Below are positions 47,417 through 56,820 of a stretch of DNA of 64,000 nucleotides, one piece after another. The position numbers were made by a program, and so were the translations under genes. Source of the DNA: an uncultured Alphaproteobacteria bacterium (GTDB lineage: Bacteria; Pseudomonadota; Alphaproteobacteria; CAAHEQ01; UBA3637); contig CANPXT010000005.1 of the NCBI GenBank assembly GCA_947586835.1, positions 3,327-67,326 on the forward strand, written 5' to 3'. The notes under the pieces are model-generated. The model was not told the DNA's origin. It saw nothing but the letters and a program-made list of their open reading frames with translations, and did no database searches. The first letter of the stretch is position 1. Each line of letters begins with the position of its first letter.

Positions 47417-49393
47417 TTAATAACACATCGTAGTTGACTGTCTCACCTCTTTTTTCGCGCAACACCAGCTGCCTTTCCATTCGCCATTGGCATTCTCACA
47501 ACATTCTTGTCTTCTCTTCTTGGTTAAAAAATCCTTGGATGAGTCCTTTTCACAACAAATGTTTGATTTTGAGTTCCATGAGGCAGTTATATTTGCTTCA
47601 CAACATTCTTTATCTGGCTTGCCATCATAACTCTTCCCGTTGTTGCAACAGTTTTCTGTATCTATTGCTCCGGTGGAAACATTTATCGACCCAGAGCAAC
47701 AAGTATAGTTGCGACCTATCGAACCAACACCTTTAGTGCAACATTGTGTAGTATACTCTTGAGTTTGCATATTGCGACCCTTATTATCGCAACAAGTACT
47801 TTCAACCCACGTACCGTCTTCAGCGTTACAGCATTTCTCATCAACCATACCAGTTGCTACATTTTTGATACCTTCACAACAAACACCATCATGCCAATTG
47901 CCTTTAGGACAACATGTTTCAGCAGGTTCATCCGTTGCTTGATCAATGATTCCCTGACAACAAATCTGCTCTTGTGCATGCCATTCACCATCACAACAAT
48001 TCTGATCTAGTTGACCGGTCTCTACATTAACACCATCCTTACAACAAGTCTCATTAATCACCGTAGCCTCTTGATCCACTTTCTGACAACATACCGGATC
48101 AACAGTATCTGTTCTCAAATTTTTTATGCCTATACAACAACTCAGAGAGTCCTCCAGCCACGTGCCACCACCAGGATACTTTTCGCAACACTCTTTAGTA
48201 GGCTCTAAAGTAGACGCATCCTTACCTTCACTGTTACAGCATGTAGTACCACCCCAATAATTTGTTGATGTCTCATCTTGCTCACAACACCATACACTCT
48301 GCTGATTTGTATACAAATTAATAGCTGAGTTTTCTTGACAACAAACCCCCGCGTCCTCAATATAAGTCCCACCGTTTTCTTTACAACAAGTACCGTCATC
48401 CTCCAAATCATGATGGGAAACACTTCTTTTCGGTTTATAACCATCACAGCAACCGGCCTTATCAATCTGACCTGTATACACATTCATTGCATTATTGCAA
48501 CAATGCCAACCGGTCCACACGCCACCATAATCTCGACATTTCTTAATATTGTACGGCTCATCATCGGGATCCGAATCATCGGGGTCCGAATCATCGGGAC
48601 CGCCCGGGTCGTCCGGATTATCAGGGTCGCCCGGGTCGTCCGGATCATCCGGGTCATCAGGATCACCCGGGGTATGGCTTTCAAGAGGCACACGTTCATA
48701 TCCCGGTCCCGTTCCGTCATCATCAGCCACACCAAAAGCTTCAGCATAATATAACACCAAAGCATTATGCCCTGCATCTTTAAAATTCACCGTTGATGTT
48801 TTTTCGTTCTTGCCGATTTCTTCTTGCAAAGCTGACCGGCGCACAAACCCGCTGTGAGCATTTTCAAATTTCATACAGTCTAAGTTTTGTAATGCAACAC
48901 AATCCGGCGTCGGATATAAAGTTGTTCCGTTTTTGTCAATACCGGCACAGGTTTCACCCCAATCGCCGCTCTTAATGCTCTCGCAAACTTCTCTCGAAAT
49001 ACCGCGAATTCGAACCGTATATCCCCTATCGTCTTCAATTCGCACCTGAACCGGCGAGCCGATTGCCGTTGTAAAATCATCTTCACGCGTATCATATTTT
49101 GTGGAAACAACCGAGTTCGGCTTGACAACACAGGGGGTTTGAGGAAAACCGTCACACTTATAAACATAATTTTGCATTAACTCAGCCGTTCGGGCACCGG
49201 CCGTTGCCACGCTGAATGCGTGAACCGTTTCATTTTCTTTATAAATTTGCATGGCATACTGTATGCCGACAACACCAATAACGGATAACACGCCGATAAT
49301 CGCCAAAACGCACAGCATTTCAACCATTGAGCGCCCTCTTTCAATTAAATAGATACCGCTCTTCTTTTCGCGTTGATATTCCGACTTTTTCAT
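47417..49393 (-). CDS. Prepilin-like N-terminus + globular domain + Asp/Pro linker + 373-aa CC (vicinal cysteine) repeat array; novel surface protein
   Basis: The ATG at 49393 gives MKKSEYQREKKSGIYLIERG/RSMVEMLCVLAIIGVLSVIGVVG, with Gly at -1, Glu at +5 and a hydrophobic helix. There are 23 CC dipeptides at 9-20 aa spacing, bounded by single Cys residues. Confidence 0.7.
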   Translation of the reverse strand: MKKSEYQREKKSGIYLIERGRSMVEMLCVLAIIGVLSVIGVVGIQYAMQIYKENETVHAFSVATAGARTAELMQNYVYKCDGFPQTPCVVKPNSVVSTKYDTREDDFTTAIGSPVQVRIEDDRGYTVRIRGISREVCESIKSGDWGETCAGIDKNGTTLYPTPDCVALQNLDCMKFENAHSGFVRRSALQEEIGKNEKTSTVNFKDAGHNALVLYYAEAFGVADDDGTGPGYERVPLESHTPGDPDDPDDPDDPGDPDNPDDPGGPDDSDPDDSDPDDEPYNIKKCRDYGGVWTGWHCCNNAMNVYTGQIDKAGCCDGYKPKRSVSHHDLEDDGTCCKENGGTYIEDAGVCCQENSAINLYTNQQSVWCCEQDETSTNYWGGTTCCNSEGKDASTLEPTKECCEKYPGGGTWLEDSLSCCIGIKNLRTDTVDPVCCQKVDQEATVINETCCKDGVNVETGQLDQNCCDGEWHAQEQICCQGIIDQATDEPAETCCPKGNWHDGVCCEGIKNVATGMVDEKCCNAEDGTWVESTCCDNKGRNMQTQEYTTQCCTKGVGSIGRNYTCCSGSINVSTGAIDTENCCNNGKSYDGKPDKECCEANITASWNSKSNICCEKDSSKDFLTKKRRQECCENANGEWKGSWCCAKKEVRQSTTMCY

Positions 49394-49459
49394 AGACCGT
49401 CCCTTTCGTCTGTTCCTTTTAAACGGGAATTTACAATTTTCCCCATATACCTGATTTGT

Positions 49460-49488
49460 ATAATAACAAATTCTGAAAGAAACGTCAA
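49460..49488 (-). promoter_or_regulatory. Sigma70-like promoter (TTGACG-17-TATTAT on the minus strand) for the CC-repeat gene
   Basis: -35 is the reverse complement of 49483-49488. -10 is the reverse complement of 49460-49465. It lies in the 137-nt gap after uppS. Confidence 0.45.
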
Positions 49489-49530
49489 TGCTTTTTTTCA
49501 AAAAAAATAAATGTTTTTTTCTTTTTTTAC

Positions 49531-50247
49531 TCAAACTTTTTGTTTATTTTCTAAACCGCCATAGCGCCGTTGGCGTTTTTGATACGATTCCAACGCTTCA
49601 TCAAATGCCGTTTCATTAAAATCCGGCCATAAAACAGGCGTGAAATATAATTCCGCATATGCCATTTCCCACAGTAAAAAATTACTGATTCGCTCTTCAC
49701 CGCTCGTACGAATCACCAAATCAGGCGCGGGCATACGAGTCGTTGACAAATGCGCCGCGAAAGTTGTTTCGTCAATATCATCGGGCGTCATCTGCCCGCT
49801 CGCTGCTTTTACCGCCAGTTGACGCGCGGCATTGATTATATCGTCTCGCGCTCCGTAACTGATTGCCAAAACAACGTGAAAACCTTGAAAATCAGCCGTT
49901 TGACTTTCTAATCGATTCATTTGTTCTCTTAAATCAGGCGCCAACTTTTCGCGCGCACCGATAAATGAAACCCGAATGCCCTTTTTTACCAATTCTTTCA
50001 CGTCTTCTTTCAAATAAGCGCGAAATAAATCCATTAACGTTTGCACTTCTTCTTTCGGACGTTTCCAATTTTCCGATGAAAATGCAAAAAGCGTTACAAC
50101 TTCAATGCCTTTCTTTTGCGCATATGTTAAAACTTTTTTTAAAGTTTCGGCGCCCGCTTTATGTCCTGCCGTTCTTGGTAATCCGCGCTTTTTCGCCCAA
50201 CGCCCGTTTCCATCCATAATAATCGCTATGTGCTTTGGTAAATTCAT
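49531..50247 (-). CDS. uppS: Undecaprenyl-diphosphate synthase
   Basis: HIAIIMDGNGRWAK, AFSSENW, RTSGE.R.SNFLLW. Confidence 0.92.
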   Translation of the reverse strand: MNLPKHIAIIMDGNGRWAKKRGLPRTAGHKAGAETLKKVLTYAQKKGIEVVTLFAFSSENWKRPKEEVQTLMDLFRAYLKEDVKELVKKGIRVSFIGAREKLAPDLREQMNRLESQTADFQGFHVVLAISYGARDDIINAARQLAVKAASGQMTPDDIDETTFAAHLSTTRMPAPDLVIRTSGEERISNFLLWEMAYAELYFTPVLWPDFNETAFDEALESYQKRQRRYGGLENKQKV

Positions 50248-50371
50248 GTGAAAAAAACCTATTTCATCATAAACGGTACCGAAGAAACAACATCAGATAA
50301 CCGAATGCCGATCATTAATAACGCAATCATAATAAAAAAAACGGAAAAACGACAATTTTGCCGAAAATATT

Positions 50372-50791
50372 TCATGACAGCCTCAATTCATTTAATGCGT
50401 TCAATAAATCGCGCTCCGTTTCCGATAAATCTAAATCATTCACGTTCGGAATCTGCTCCGGCGCCAAGGACGAGCGCTTAGTCTTGGCATAATCCATTAA
50501 GTGCGTTTTTTGATCAATTTTTTCCAATAAACGCGTTAACTCTTCCTTCATCACGGTGGCTTTATCTATTTGATTCATTAACTCCTGATGCATTTCACGC
50601 TCGGCATTTTGTACCGTCGTTAATTCTTCCTGCACGTTTTGCGAAACTTGATAAAATTGTTCAATTAAATGCGCTAACTGACGATAATTTTCTTTCGTTG
50701 CCGATAAATGCGAATCCAAAATAACGGCATAAATAATCGCCGCAACCAACAGCGTTATGATAACAACATCGAAAATGACGGTTATCGACAT
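50372..50791 (-). CDS. N-terminally membrane-anchored coiled-coil protein, unknown function
   Basis: TM helix ITVIFDVVIITLLVAAIIYAV followed by heptad-rich sequence. C-terminal SETERDLLNAL. Confidence 0.5.
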   Translation of the reverse strand: MSITVIFDVVIITLLVAAIIYAVILDSHLSATKENYRQLAHLIEQFYQVSQNVQEELTTVQNAEREMHQELMNQIDKATVMKEELTRLLEKIDQKTHLMDYAKTKRSSLAPEQIPNVNDLDLSETERDLLNALNELRLS

Positions 50792-51002
50792 TTCTTCCTC
50801 CTTGTTTTGATACTATACCCGACAATTCTTAACAAGAAGTTATCAAATGATAAAAAGAATTAAAATATTTGCAAAATATTAAATTTCTCCCGCCGAAATA
50901 AAATTTTTTTGTCTTTTTTCAAAAATAATGCTTTTCATTATCGTTATTTTGTGATAAAATATTATCAGAACAAGAACGAAATACAACAAAAAGGAATAAA
51001 AA

Positions 51003-52208
51003 ATGGGAACATATAAACAACCTGTCGGCATCAGAAACAATAACCCCGGTTGTATTCGCGGAAAAGGCGGCAAAGGTTATGCCAATTACCCCACAGTTGA
51101 AGAGGGTTACAACCATTTAATCAATTTATTAATTAAGCGATACAATGATAAAACGGCATACCAAATTTTAAAAGTCTATGCCCCTTACAGCGATGGGAAT
51201 AATTCTAAAGCTTATGCCAATTTTCTTGTCGGGCGATTGCAAAAAATCGACCCGAGTATCAATGCTTCTACCAAGTTGAATATGAGGGATCCCCAAATTC
51301 TAAAGGCTGTATGCATGTCCATCAGTCAAATGGAATGCGGTAAAATTTTGGATCCGACTGCACTGGAAGCAGCTTTGGCAACCAATTACAGCAAACTGAC
51401 ACCTCAACCGACTTTGGTCGCTCAACCACAAAAACAAGCAAAACCCTCTTTTTGGAAAAGATTGTTTTCACGCAAAAAAAAGGCCGTTGCTGCTGCTTCT
51501 CCTCAAAAAGTCATATCTTCCGTTAGAGCCAAAACAACAGCCAATTCAAAGCCTTATCCGGCTCTTGTTAAATTGTATTATGAAAAATTACGTTCCATGA
51601 ATGCCATCAATCGGAAAAAAACACCGTTGCGTTGGCGACAAGCTCAACAAGGTATCATTTCCAATGTCAATATACCGCGTCTGAAAGATTCGTTTGAAAA
51701 TAACGCTGTTCACACAATGGCAACAATAGAAGACTTTATTTCGTCAAATTCACATCTCGCTCTTCAACAGCAAATACCAACAATTTTTGCCATCCAGGCA
51801 CAATTGATGAAAAATGATATTTTGGCAAAAGATCCGCGCTGTCAAGAGACTTTAATCTCAATGACAGGCGCTGCCATGGTAGAAATTTATCAACGTCAAG
51901 GAAAAAATTTAACACAGGAGGAAGTAAATAAATTATATAACACCGCGCATGATTTGGTTTCCAGTTCCTGTTTGCAGAAAGATCCGTCTCGCTTTTTGGC
52001 ACAATGCAATAATATCCTTACTCCTACCAATATTAGTCCCGCCGGTAATACACCACGTTTGAAAAATCGGTTGGCTCATGCAGAAACATCCCTCATAGCG
52101 GAGCAGTTGGCTCAAGCAGAAACCGTCCATAAGGAGATGTCCTACTCAGAGTCTGAGGCGATGTGGAAACGAGTTGTTAACAGAGCTAATAAAAACAGAA
52201 TCAGTTAA
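51003..52208 (+). CDS. Hypothetical protein with an N-terminal RNNNPG-motif domain
   Basis: GIRNNNPGCIRGKG..GYANY.T.EEGY..L..L. The remaining 280 aa or so have no motif I recognise. Confidence 0.45.
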   Translation: MGTYKQPVGIRNNNPGCIRGKGGKGYANYPTVEEGYNHLINLLIKRYNDKTAYQILKVYAPYSDGNNSKAYANFLVGRLQKIDPSINASTKLNMRDPQILKAVCMSISQMECGKILDPTALEAALATNYSKLTPQPTLVAQPQKQAKPSFWKRLFSRKKKAVAAASPQKVISSVRAKTTANSKPYPALVKLYYEKLRSMNAINRKKTPLRWRQAQQGIISNVNIPRLKDSFENNAVHTMATIEDFISSNSHLALQQQIPTIFAIQAQLMKNDILAKDPRCQETLISMTGAAMVEIYQRQGKNLTQEEVNKLYNTAHDLVSSSCLQKDPSRFLAQCNNILTPTNISPAGNTPRLKNRLAHAETSLIAEQLAQAETVHKEMSYSESEAMWKRVVNRANKNRIS

Positions 52209-52224
52209 TACAATTTCAGTCAAT

Positions 52225-52258
52225 AAAAAACCGGAAGATTGTTCCTTCCGGTTTTTTT
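52225..52258. terminator. Bidirectional terminator between the convergent hypothetical gene and secA
   Basis: AAAAAA-CCGGAAG-gattgtt-CTTCCGG-TTTTTTT. Confidence 0.7.
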
Positions 52259-52271
52259 ATAAGCCTTGTTC

Positions 52272-54962
52272 TTATTTGATGGCTCCGTGACAATGCTTAT
52301 ATTTTTTGCCCGATCCGCAAGGACACGGTGCATTTCGGGGAATTCGTTCGTCAATCCCGTCAAACGAATTGCCGGAAGTTGCTTGCGCCCACATGGAATC
52401 GCTTTGCGGATTCGACCGAAACGGCGTTTCCTGTTGCGCTGCCACTGCCGATTGCGGCAACGGGTGACTTTCTTGTGTTTGAACCGGCGCACGTTCTTGA
52501 ATTTGAAATTGCATGTGGCAAATCACCTGCGTAACTCTCTCGCGCACGCGCGATAACAGATTCTCAAACAAAATAAATGCTTCCCGTTTATATTCATTCA
52601 ACGGATTTTTTTGCCCGTATGCCCGTAAATTAATGGCTGTTTTCATAAAATCAAGCGTTTGCAAATGTTCTTTCCATGATTGGTCAATCACCTGAATTAA
52701 AATGCTTTTTTCCAAATGATGGCGCACATCTTCGGGCAAAATTTTCATCTTTTCCGCAACCGACTTATCTGCTTCGCTTTGTAACCGTTCCACCATGGTT
52801 TCGGGAATCATGCCCGGTTCTTTAATCCAAGCGGCAAACGGAACATCAATGCCCAACAAACGTCGTGTTTGATTCTCTAAATCTGTCGCGTTCCAATTTT
52901 CGGGAACGGATCGACTCGGCGCCAATGCATAAACCATATTCTCAATGCAATCATCGCGCATTTCTTTTAACGTTTCCGTTACCGATTCAGCCACCATCAA
53001 TTCTTTGCGCTGTTCATAAATTACTTTACGCTGATCATTCATCACATCATCGTATTTCAACAAATTTTTACGCACGTCAAAGTGATATGATTCCACCTTG
53101 CGTTGTGCAACGGCAATGCCTTTGCTTAAAAACGAATGCGCCAACGCTTCCCCTTTTTTCATACCCATGGTTTTTAGCATTTGTTGAATGCGTTCGGAAC
53201 CGAATATGCGCATCAAATCATCTTCCAGAGAAATATAAAATCGCGATAAACCCGGATCACCCTGACGACCTGATCTTCCGCGCAACTGATTATCGATTCG
53301 CCGACTTTCATGCCGTTCGGATCCCAACACATACAATCCGCCGGCAGCCAAGGCAATTTCTTTTCCTTTGGCAATTTCCGCCTTAATTTTGGCAGATAAT
53401 TTTTCTTTATTTGCCGTCGGATTTTTTTCCAATTCTTCCGCCAAACGCATTTCAAAGTTACCGCCCAACTGAATATCCGTTCCGCGTCCCGCCATATTCG
53501 TTGCAATGGTCACGGCACCCGGTACGCCGGCTTGCGCTACGATTTTTGCTTCCTGCTCATGATGACGAGCATTCAACACGTTAAATTGAATATCGGAGCG
53601 TTTGCGTAGCAAATCTGCTAAAATCTCCGATTTTTCAATCGACGTCGTACCGACTAAGATCGGCTGTTTTCTTTCATGCGCGGCTTTAATTTCTTCAATA
53701 ATGGCATCATATTTTTCTTCTGCCGTGCGATAAATCACATCGTTTTCATCTTTTCGAGCTGATGGCTTATTGGTTGGAATTTCAATCACTTCCAAATGAT
53801 AAATACTGTCAAACTCACCGGCTTCCGTCATAGCCGTACCCGTCATACCTGCCAATTTCGGATACATTCGGAAGTAATTTTGGAACGTAATGGAGGCCAA
53901 TGTTTGATTTTCAGCCTGAATGGTCACACCCTCCTTGGCTTCAATGGCTTGATGCAAACCGTCGGAATAGCGCCGACCTTCCATCATACGCCCCGTAAAT
54001 TCATCAATAATAATAACCTGGTCATTTTTCACGATATAATCTTTATCCCGCGTGAATAAAACATGCGCTTTTAAAGCCTGATCCACATGATGTACAAAGG
54101 CAATATTTTGCGTATCATATAATGAACCTTGGATTAATCCCGCTTCCTGCAATAAACCCTCAACAAACTCCGTACCGGCTTCCGTCAACGTTGCAGTACG
54201 GTGTTTTTCATCTTTTTCATAATGCTCGGGACGTATGGAGCGCATCAGCCTGTCCACTGCAATATACCGTTCGGACGAATCTTCCGCCGGACCGGAAATT
54301 ATCAAAGGCGTTCGGGCTTCATCAATTAAAATCGAATCGACTTCATCGACAATGGCATAATAAAACGGCCGTTGCACCATATCTTTTAATTCAAAGCGCA
54401 TATTATCCCGCAAATAATCAAATCCCAACTCATTGTTGGTGGCATAAGTTATATCTGAATTATATGCGGCACGTCGTTCTTCAACAGTTAAATCATGAAC
54501 GATACAACCGACACTTAATCCCAAAAAGCGATAAATCTGCCCCATCCATTCACTGTCACGTTTAGCCAGATAATCGTTTACCGTCACCACATGAACGCCT
54601 TTTCCCGTTAAAGCATTTAAATAAACCGGTAACGTAGCAACCAATGTTTTACCCTCACCGGTACGCATTTCGGCAATTTGCCCGTTATTCAAAATAATAC
54701 CGCCCAACAGCTGCACATCAAACGGACGCAGACCCAATGTTCTTTTCGCTCCTTCCCGAACGCTGGCGAAGGCTTCCGGCAACAGGCTTTCCAACGATTC
54801 GCCGTTTTGAATGCGCGTTTTATATTCTTGCGTTTTATCACGCAATTGATCATCGGTTAATTTTTCATAAGAGGCTTCCAATTCATTAATTTTGGCGATT
54901 GTTTTTTTAAATTTGCGCAAATATCTGTCATTTGCCGACCCAAACAGTGATTTTAATATCAT
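52272..54962 (-). CDS. secA: Preprotein translocase ATPase SecA
   Basis: [39 protein letters not shown]-terminal [14 protein letters not shown] zinc finger. Confidence 0.95.
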   Translation of the reverse strand: MILKSLFGSANDRYLRKFKKTIAKINELEASYEKLTDDQLRDKTQEYKTRIQNGESLESLLPEAFASVREGAKRTLGLRPFDVQLLGGIILNNGQIAEMRTGEGKTLVATLPVYLNALTGKGVHVVTVNDYLAKRDSEWMGQIYRFLGLSVGCIVHDLTVEERRAAYNSDITYATNNELGFDYLRDNMRFELKDMVQRPFYYAIVDEVDSILIDEARTPLIISGPAEDSSERYIAVDRLMRSIRPEHYEKDEKHRTATLTEAGTEFVEGLLQEAGLIQGSLYDTQNIAFVHHVDQALKAHVLFTRDKDYIVKNDQVIIIDEFTGRMMEGRRYSDGLHQAIEAKEGVTIQAENQTLASITFQNYFRMYPKLAGMTGTAMTEAGEFDSIYHLEVIEIPTNKPSARKDENDVIYRTAEEKYDAIIEEIKAAHERKQPILVGTTSIEKSEILADLLRKRSDIQFNVLNARHHEQEAKIVAQAGVPGAVTIATNMAGRGTDIQLGGNFEMRLAEELEKNPTANKEKLSAKIKAEIAKGKEIALAAGGLYVLGSERHESRRIDNQLRGRSGRQGDPGLSRFYISLEDDLMRIFGSERIQQMLKTMGMKKGEALAHSFLSKGIAVAQRKVESYHFDVRKNLLKYDDVMNDQRKVIYEQRKELMVAESVTETLKEMRDDCIENMVYALAPSRSVPENWNATDLENQTRRLLGIDVPFAAWIKEPGMIPETMVERLQSEADKSVAEKMKILPEDVRHHLEKSILIQVIDQSWKEHLQTLDFMKTAINLRAYGQKNPLNEYKREAFILFENLLSRVRERVTQVICHMQFQIQERAPVQTQESHPLPQSAVAAQQETPFRSNPQSDSMWAQATSGNSFDGIDERIPRNAPCPCGSGKKYKHCHGAIK

Positions 54963-55077
54963 TTCCATCCTTTCATATTTCAATTGATTTATATGAAATA
55001 ATCTATTTTTAGCCGAAAGTCAACCCTTGAACGATATATTTTGCATATTATTCAATGCAGCCGCTGTTAAATTAATG

Positions 55078-55860
55078 TTACCGATTTTTCAAATAAGAAA
55101 CCAAAGCTTCAATATCTTGAACTGCCGGTGAATCGGGATAAGTCGTTAAAAACGGCACCTGTTGACGCACACATTCTTTAATATGCGATTCCTGATGAAT
55201 AATTCCTCCCAAAGACAATTCGGTATTTAAAAAATTTTGACAAGCTTTTAAAAGCGTTTGATATGTTCGTTCCCCCTCTTTTTGCGTGTTGGCCATATTG
55301 ACCACCACACTAAACCGCGGCGGTTTCGGTCGTTCAGACAAATATTTCACCAGCGTATAAGCATCGGCCAACGAAGTCGGATCCTCCGTACACACAATAA
55401 GAACCGTCCCCGCCGAACTGCCTAAAAGTGTAATTGTTTTTTCAATCCCCGTTCCTAAATCAATAAAAACATAATCATAATGTTGCGCCAAAATATATAA
55501 ATCATCTCGCAATAATTGTAACTGACCATCGCCTAAAAATGTTGTCGCCGACAGACCTAAATGACCGGATAATACATCACATCCGATGGCAGGGACAAAA
55601 GAAACGGCTTGATTCATCGGTGTTTTGCCCGTTAGCACCTGACCTAAATCATAAGTTGTGTTTAAACCGAGTTGAATATCAATATTGGGTAAACCCAAAT
55701 CACCGTCGACCAACAAAACTTTTTCTCCGCTTGTTGCAAAAGCATGGGCCAACGTGACGGATAAAAACGTTTTACCGACTCCTCCTTTACCGGAAGCTAC
55801 AGCAATAATGTTTTGTCCGTCCAAACGCTCATAAATATTTGAAATATTTTCTTGTGCCAT
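55078..55860 (-). CDS. flhG: MinD/ParA-family ATPase FlhG (FleN)
   Basis: Deviant Walker A SGKGGVGKT, DGDLGLPN. Lies immediately downstream of flhF. Confidence 0.75.
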   Translation of the reverse strand: MAQENISNIYERLDGQNIIAVASGKGGVGKTFLSVTLAHAFATSGEKVLLVDGDLGLPNIDIQLGLNTTYDLGQVLTGKTPMNQAVSFVPAIGCDVLSGHLGLSATTFLGDGQLQLLRDDLYILAQHYDYVFIDLGTGIEKTITLLGSSAGTVLIVCTEDPTSLADAYTLVKYLSERPKPPRFSVVVNMANTQKEGERTYQTLLKACQNFLNTELSLGGIIHQESHIKECVRQQVPFLTTYPDSPAVQDIEALVSYLKNR

Positions 55861-56820
55861 TTAATCATCCTCTCGTTTGTAAAGCATTCCTCGAATAATG
55901 TTATTTAATGTACCACTGCCGGCCTCCAAAAGATAATCCGTTAATTTATTGCTTTTACTCCATCCGCCCCATTGATACGATCCGAAAAGCGCCGTCTGTA
56001 ATAAGCCGCCGACAGAGTGTGCCAAATCTAATTTCGTTCCCAGCAAAACCGTACACCCCGCTTTCGCAAACAATGCACCTTGTGTTTCGGCTTCCTTGCA
56101 ATCAAGACCCGCCTGTTGCGTATAAATCATTTCCGCATCCGAAAGCTGTGTTTTAATTTCGTTAATTTGCGCCAAATCTGCCGGATTATAGGGATTATAA
56201 GCCGGCGTATCAATTAAAATCACATCATGTGATAATCTTAAAACGGTTACGGTTTCATTAAGTCTTGCCAAATCATTCAAACATGTGCAAACAATATTCA
56301 TCCAACCGGCCGATCGTTCCAATTCGGCCGCACCGCATACCTTTTGCCGATCCAGTGTGATACATGCCACTTTTAAGCGGTTGGATTTTGCTTGAAAAGC
56401 CGCTTTGATAAGGGCGGTTGTTTTTCCGCTGCCGGCCGATCCCAAAAAAACATAAACATCATTTTTTTTAAGAGGTGCAATTGATTTATAAACATACATT
56501 TCTTCCAAAGCGGTTACCAACCACTTTTCTTCCGTTAATTTAACGCTTTTACGCGAAAGAGCATTTAAAAGTCGTTCATAATATGAATCAAAAACACCGT
56601 GGGATGCCAACAAATTTTGAAAATAAGCCGCTCGCTTTTGTCGAATTTCTTGATCAAGCGAATTTTGTTCCGGATTATTTTCTTCAATGGCAACAACTAA
56701 CCGAACTTGATGATTGGGCAAACGTCCCGATGAGATAATGACGGCATTTTCGCCGAATGTTTGTTTAACGGCCATCATGGCTTCGGGAATGTTGTCGGCA
56801 AAAAATGTTTTCAGTTTCAT
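55861..56820 (-). CDS. flhF: SRP-type GTPase FlhF (divergent G3 motif)
   Basis: N-terminal MKLKTFFADNIPEAMMAVKQTFGENAVI, G1 GSAGSGKTT, G4 TKLD. The G3 position reads DTPA instead of DTAG. Confidence 0.7.
   Translation of the reverse strand: MKLKTFFADNIPEAMMAVKQTFGENAVIISSGRLPNHQVRLVVAIEENNPEQNSLDQEIRQKRAAYFQNLLASHGVFDSYYERLLNALSRKSVKLTEEKWLVTALEEMYVYKSIAPLKKNDVYVFLGSAGSGKTTALIKAAFQAKSNRLKVACITLDRQKVCGAAELERSAGWMNIVCTCLNDLARLNETVTVLRLSHDVILIDTPAYNPYNPADLAQINEIKTQLSDAEMIYTQQAGLDCKEAETQGALFAKAGCTVLLGTKLDLAHSVGGLLQTALFGSYQWGGWSKSNKLTDYLLEAGSGTLNNIIRGMLYKREDD

Noticed and set aside
48335-48777. Three extra ORFs (139, 97 and 66 aa) over the Asp/Pro linker of the CC-repeat gene.
   Set aside because: They are frame artefacts of the short GC-rich tandem repeats inside a longer, well-supported ORF.
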